From Candidatus Micrarchaeota archaeon (lineage in GTDB: Archaea; Micrarchaeota; Micrarchaeia; Micrarchaeales; CABMGC01): a stretch of 64,000 bases of DNA. The notes beneath the pieces were generated by a model. The model ran no database searches. It was not told the origin of the DNA and saw nothing but the letters and a program-made list of their open reading frames with translations. Position 1 is the first letter of the stretch; every line of letters begins with the position of its first letter. Positions 62,048-64,000 of this stretch are shown piece by piece. The translations under genes and the position numbers were made by a program. The stretch spans positions 1,734-65,733 of the forward strand of contig JAJZKW010000002.1 in the NCBI GenBank assembly GCA_021803945.1. The letters run 5' to 3'.

Positions 62048-62443
62048 GTGCTGGAGATATTGAGCATTTCTATAGACAAAGCGGCTCTGAGGCAGCTCGA
62101 CGGAATCCAAAAAAGACTAGGGTACAAGAGCAGGTCGAAGCTGCTCAGAAATGCAGTCATGGGCATGCTAAGCGATTATGAAAGCATAGACTCCCTCAAG
62201 GGCAATGTCGAAAGCGTGTTCGTGCTCACATACGGTGATTCCGAGAAGAATCGCGTATCGGACCTGCTCCACAGGTTTGAGGGGACGATAGAGACGGAGA
62301 CGCACCACCATCATTCAGGAGCCTGCATAGACGTCCTAAACATAAGCACGGATGCCAAACGGACAATCGAGATCTTAGGCGCACTCAAAAAGAGCAAGAG
62401 CATATACTCAGTGACATATTCCGTTATACCAAAGACCAAATGA
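62048..62443 (+). CDS. nikR: NikR-family ribbon-helix-helix metal-responsive regulator
   Basis: N-terminal RHH (ILSISIDKAALRQLDGIQKRLGYKSRSKLLRNAV) and a C-terminal ACT-like domain with THHHHSGAC ligand-type residues. GTG start. Confidence 0.7.
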   Translation: MLEILSISIDKAALRQLDGIQKRLGYKSRSKLLRNAVMGMLSDYESIDSLKGNVESVFVLTYGDSEKNRVSDLLHRFEGTIETETHHHHSGACIDVLNISTDAKRTIEILGALKKSKSIYSVTYSVIPKTK

Positions 62444-62446
62444 GTG

Positions 62447-63805
62447 CTAGGCGCCCTCTGCTTCCTTGAGTTCGGCCCTTCCTATCTCAAGGAGCTGCCT
62501 AGCCCGGCCTTCTGTCTTCGCCTCTGCAGCCATCCTTATCTTAGGGCCTGTATTCGAGGCCCGCGCAAGCAGCCATCCATCCTCAGTGACTATCTTTACC
62601 CCGTCCACGTCTATTATCCTATAGCCCTTCCCAGAAAGGCTCTTGGCCATGGCGTCTATAATGCCGAACTTCTTCTTGTCATCGGATTCAAACTCCTCGT
62701 ATACCTTTACGTATTTCGGCAGCCGTTCGACAAGCGAGGAGAGGCTGCTCCTGCTCACGCAAAGGAGCTCTGACATCTTCAGCGCGGAGAAAAGGCCGTC
62801 GTCAGCCCCATACGTCTCCTGGAAGTACATATGGCCAGATATCTCCCCTCCAAACCTCGCATTCTCCTTCTTCATCCTCTCCTTGAAGTGCGAATGGCCG
62901 ACCTTCGATAGGAGTGGTATGCCTCCCGCAGCCTTTATCTCGTCTTCTATAACGCTAGAACATGACGGCTCGTAGACTACCTTCTCCCCGCTCTTAAGGT
63001 ATCCCTTCACAAGGAGCGCAAGCGCCGTGTCCCCGCCAATAACGTCTCCCTTCTCTGTTACGAACAGGACCCTGTCACCGTCCCCGTCAAATGCAATCCC
63101 CAGGTCCAGTCCTTCTGACTTAACCAGTGCCACAAGTTCCCCTATGGTATGCGGGTTCGGTTCCGGCGACCTTGAGGGGAACCTTCCATCAGGGATATCG
63201 TTTATGGCCTTTACCATTGCTCCTTTTCTCCTGAATATCCCTGTAGCCAACCCCGAATATGCGCCGTTGCCAGGGTCTATCCCAACCTTCAGCCCTTCGA
63301 GCGGACCTATCTTGCCTGACAAGGCCTCTATATAATCCCTAACTATATCTGTGCTCCTGTCCTCCATGCTGCCCCTTCCCCTGTCAGCGAATCCGTCTCT
63401 CTTGATCATCTCCCTCATCTCCTCGAGGCCTGTGCCTAGCCCTATCACGTAGGCATCCTTCCTGCATATCTTGAATCCGTTCCATTCAGGAGGGTTATGG
63501 CTTGCGCTCACGGTAATCCCTCCGTCAAGCTTATAGCGGGAAATGGCGAAGTAGAGCAGGGGAGTGGGTATGACTCCTGCAAAGACGATGTCAAGCCCCT
63601 CGCTAAGGATCCCGTCTACCAGCCTCTCTGCGAGCCCCTTGCTGCTAACCCGCACATCCATGCCTACAAGCACCTTCCTGCCTTCGCCTATCAGCTCCCC
63701 GAAAGACCTGCCTACAAGCTCTGCAAGACTTTCGTCTATGTCACTGGGATATATCCCCCTTATGTCGTAAGATCTGAATATGCTGTCCTTGATCTCCTGT
63801 CCCAT
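62447..63805 (-). CDS. Phosphoglucomutase/phosphomannomutase (alpha-D-phosphohexomutase)
   Basis: Active-site TVSASHNPPEWNGFK, Mg loop FDGDGDR and sugar loop GGEISGH. Internal ATG 63805 (MGQEIKDSIFRSYDIRG) is used rather than the track's 63979. Confidence 0.9.
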   Translation of the reverse strand: MGQEIKDSIFRSYDIRGIYPSDIDESLAELVGRSFGELIGEGRKVLVGMDVRVSSKGLAERLVDGILSEGLDIVFAGVIPTPLLYFAISRYKLDGGITVSASHNPPEWNGFKICRKDAYVIGLGTGLEEMREMIKRDGFADRGRGSMEDRSTDIVRDYIEALSGKIGPLEGLKVGIDPGNGAYSGLATGIFRRKGAMVKAINDIPDGRFPSRSPEPNPHTIGELVALVKSEGLDLGIAFDGDGDRVLFVTEKGDVIGGDTALALLVKGYLKSGEKVVYEPSCSSVIEDEIKAAGGIPLLSKVGHSHFKERMKKENARFGGEISGHMYFQETYGADDGLFSALKMSELLCVSRSSLSSLVERLPKYVKVYEEFESDDKKKFGIIDAMAKSLSGKGYRIIDVDGVKIVTEDGWLLARASNTGPKIRMAAEAKTEGRARQLLEIGRAELKEAEGA

Positions 63806-63911
63806 CCAATCCCAGATATCTAACACAGTATTATAATAAATATTATGATGAAAATAATCACGTTTATTATTGCCTGCAGCCGGAGTGCGGCACTGGGCCA
63901 GGATTGATCCA

Positions 63912-64000
63912 TTGAACAGGGAGAACATAATACTTTCAATACTAGTCTTAGGGACGATGATGGGCGCAATAGACGCCACGATAGTTCTCCTCGCCCTGCC
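63912..64000 (+). CDS. N-terminus of an MFS (DHA2/EmrB-like) transporter, truncated by the window end
   Basis: Hand translation gives LNRENIILSILVLGTMMGAIDATIVLLALP, matching the G..M..lD.tIV..ALP start of drug:H+ antiporters. The start codon is uncertain (TTG 63912, GTG 63885 or ATG 63955). Confidence 0.4.
   Translation, partial: MNRENIILSILVLGTMMGAIDATIVLLAL

Overview
This is a gene-dense archaeal chromosomal segment. I call about 70 protein genes and two tRNA-Thr genes. I saw no rRNA, no CRISPR array, and no recognisable transposase, integrase or reverse transcriptase.

Archaeal origin is read directly from translated hallmarks: GatE, aIF5B, aIF5A, ribosomal proteins S24e and S27ae, RNA polymerase subunit K, ATP-dependent DNA ligase, Hel308, geranylgeranyl reductase, and SepF plus two FtsZ paralogs.

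Codon usage favours AGG/AGA (Arg) and ATA (Ile). AT-rich TATA-like boxes sit about 25-37 nt upstream of many start codons, which gives a leaderless look. Many genes overlap by 4 nt (ATGA). Together these suggest a compact genome of a Thermoplasmata-like or DPANN/Micrarchaeota-like organism. That lineage guess is inference only.

The core content covers these functions:
- Translation: gatE, infB, aIF5A, S24e, S27ae, ileS.
- Fe-S assembly: an HTH regulator followed by sufB-sufD-sufC-sufS, plus a DUF59 protein.
- Oxidative repair: msrB, msrA, bcp.
- DNA metabolism: lig, ogt, hel308, smc.
- Cell division: ftsZ x2, sepF.
- A lipid and glycosylation cluster: CDP-alcohol transferase, NUDIX, two GT2 genes, geranylgeranyl reductase.
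- Transporters: APC, SSS with a DUF3311-like small subunit, three MFS, VIT1.
- Metal regulation: PadR, NikR-like.

The less ordinary regions, ranked as candidates for something undescribed, are:
1. A minus-strand operon at 40.85-42.44 kb. It pairs a double Ig-like-repeat protein with an EF-Tu-like protein whose GTPase motifs are eroded. It is convergent with an HKD/PLD-like protein interrupted by a transmembrane hairpin.
2. Two tandem orphan paralogs at 29.15-30.27 kb. Their promoter and 5' block is duplicated exactly 600 nt apart, and one copy carries an internal 54-nt in-frame duplication.
3. Two visibly AT-rich islets immediately 3' of near-identical tRNA-Thr genes. One carries a nucleotidyltransferase-fold gene with an overlapping small ORF. 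The other carries a wHTH gene and a small ORF in a TA-like pair, plus orphan membrane proteins.
4. A PadR gene divergent from a protein with five exact 30-nt-period QCxCG repeats.
5. A Cys4-tailed HTH gene fused into the suf operon.
6. A 1020-aa, N-terminally anchored, four-module parallel beta-helix surface protein.

None of these can be assigned a function from sequence reading alone. All family calls rest on motif recognition without database searches.
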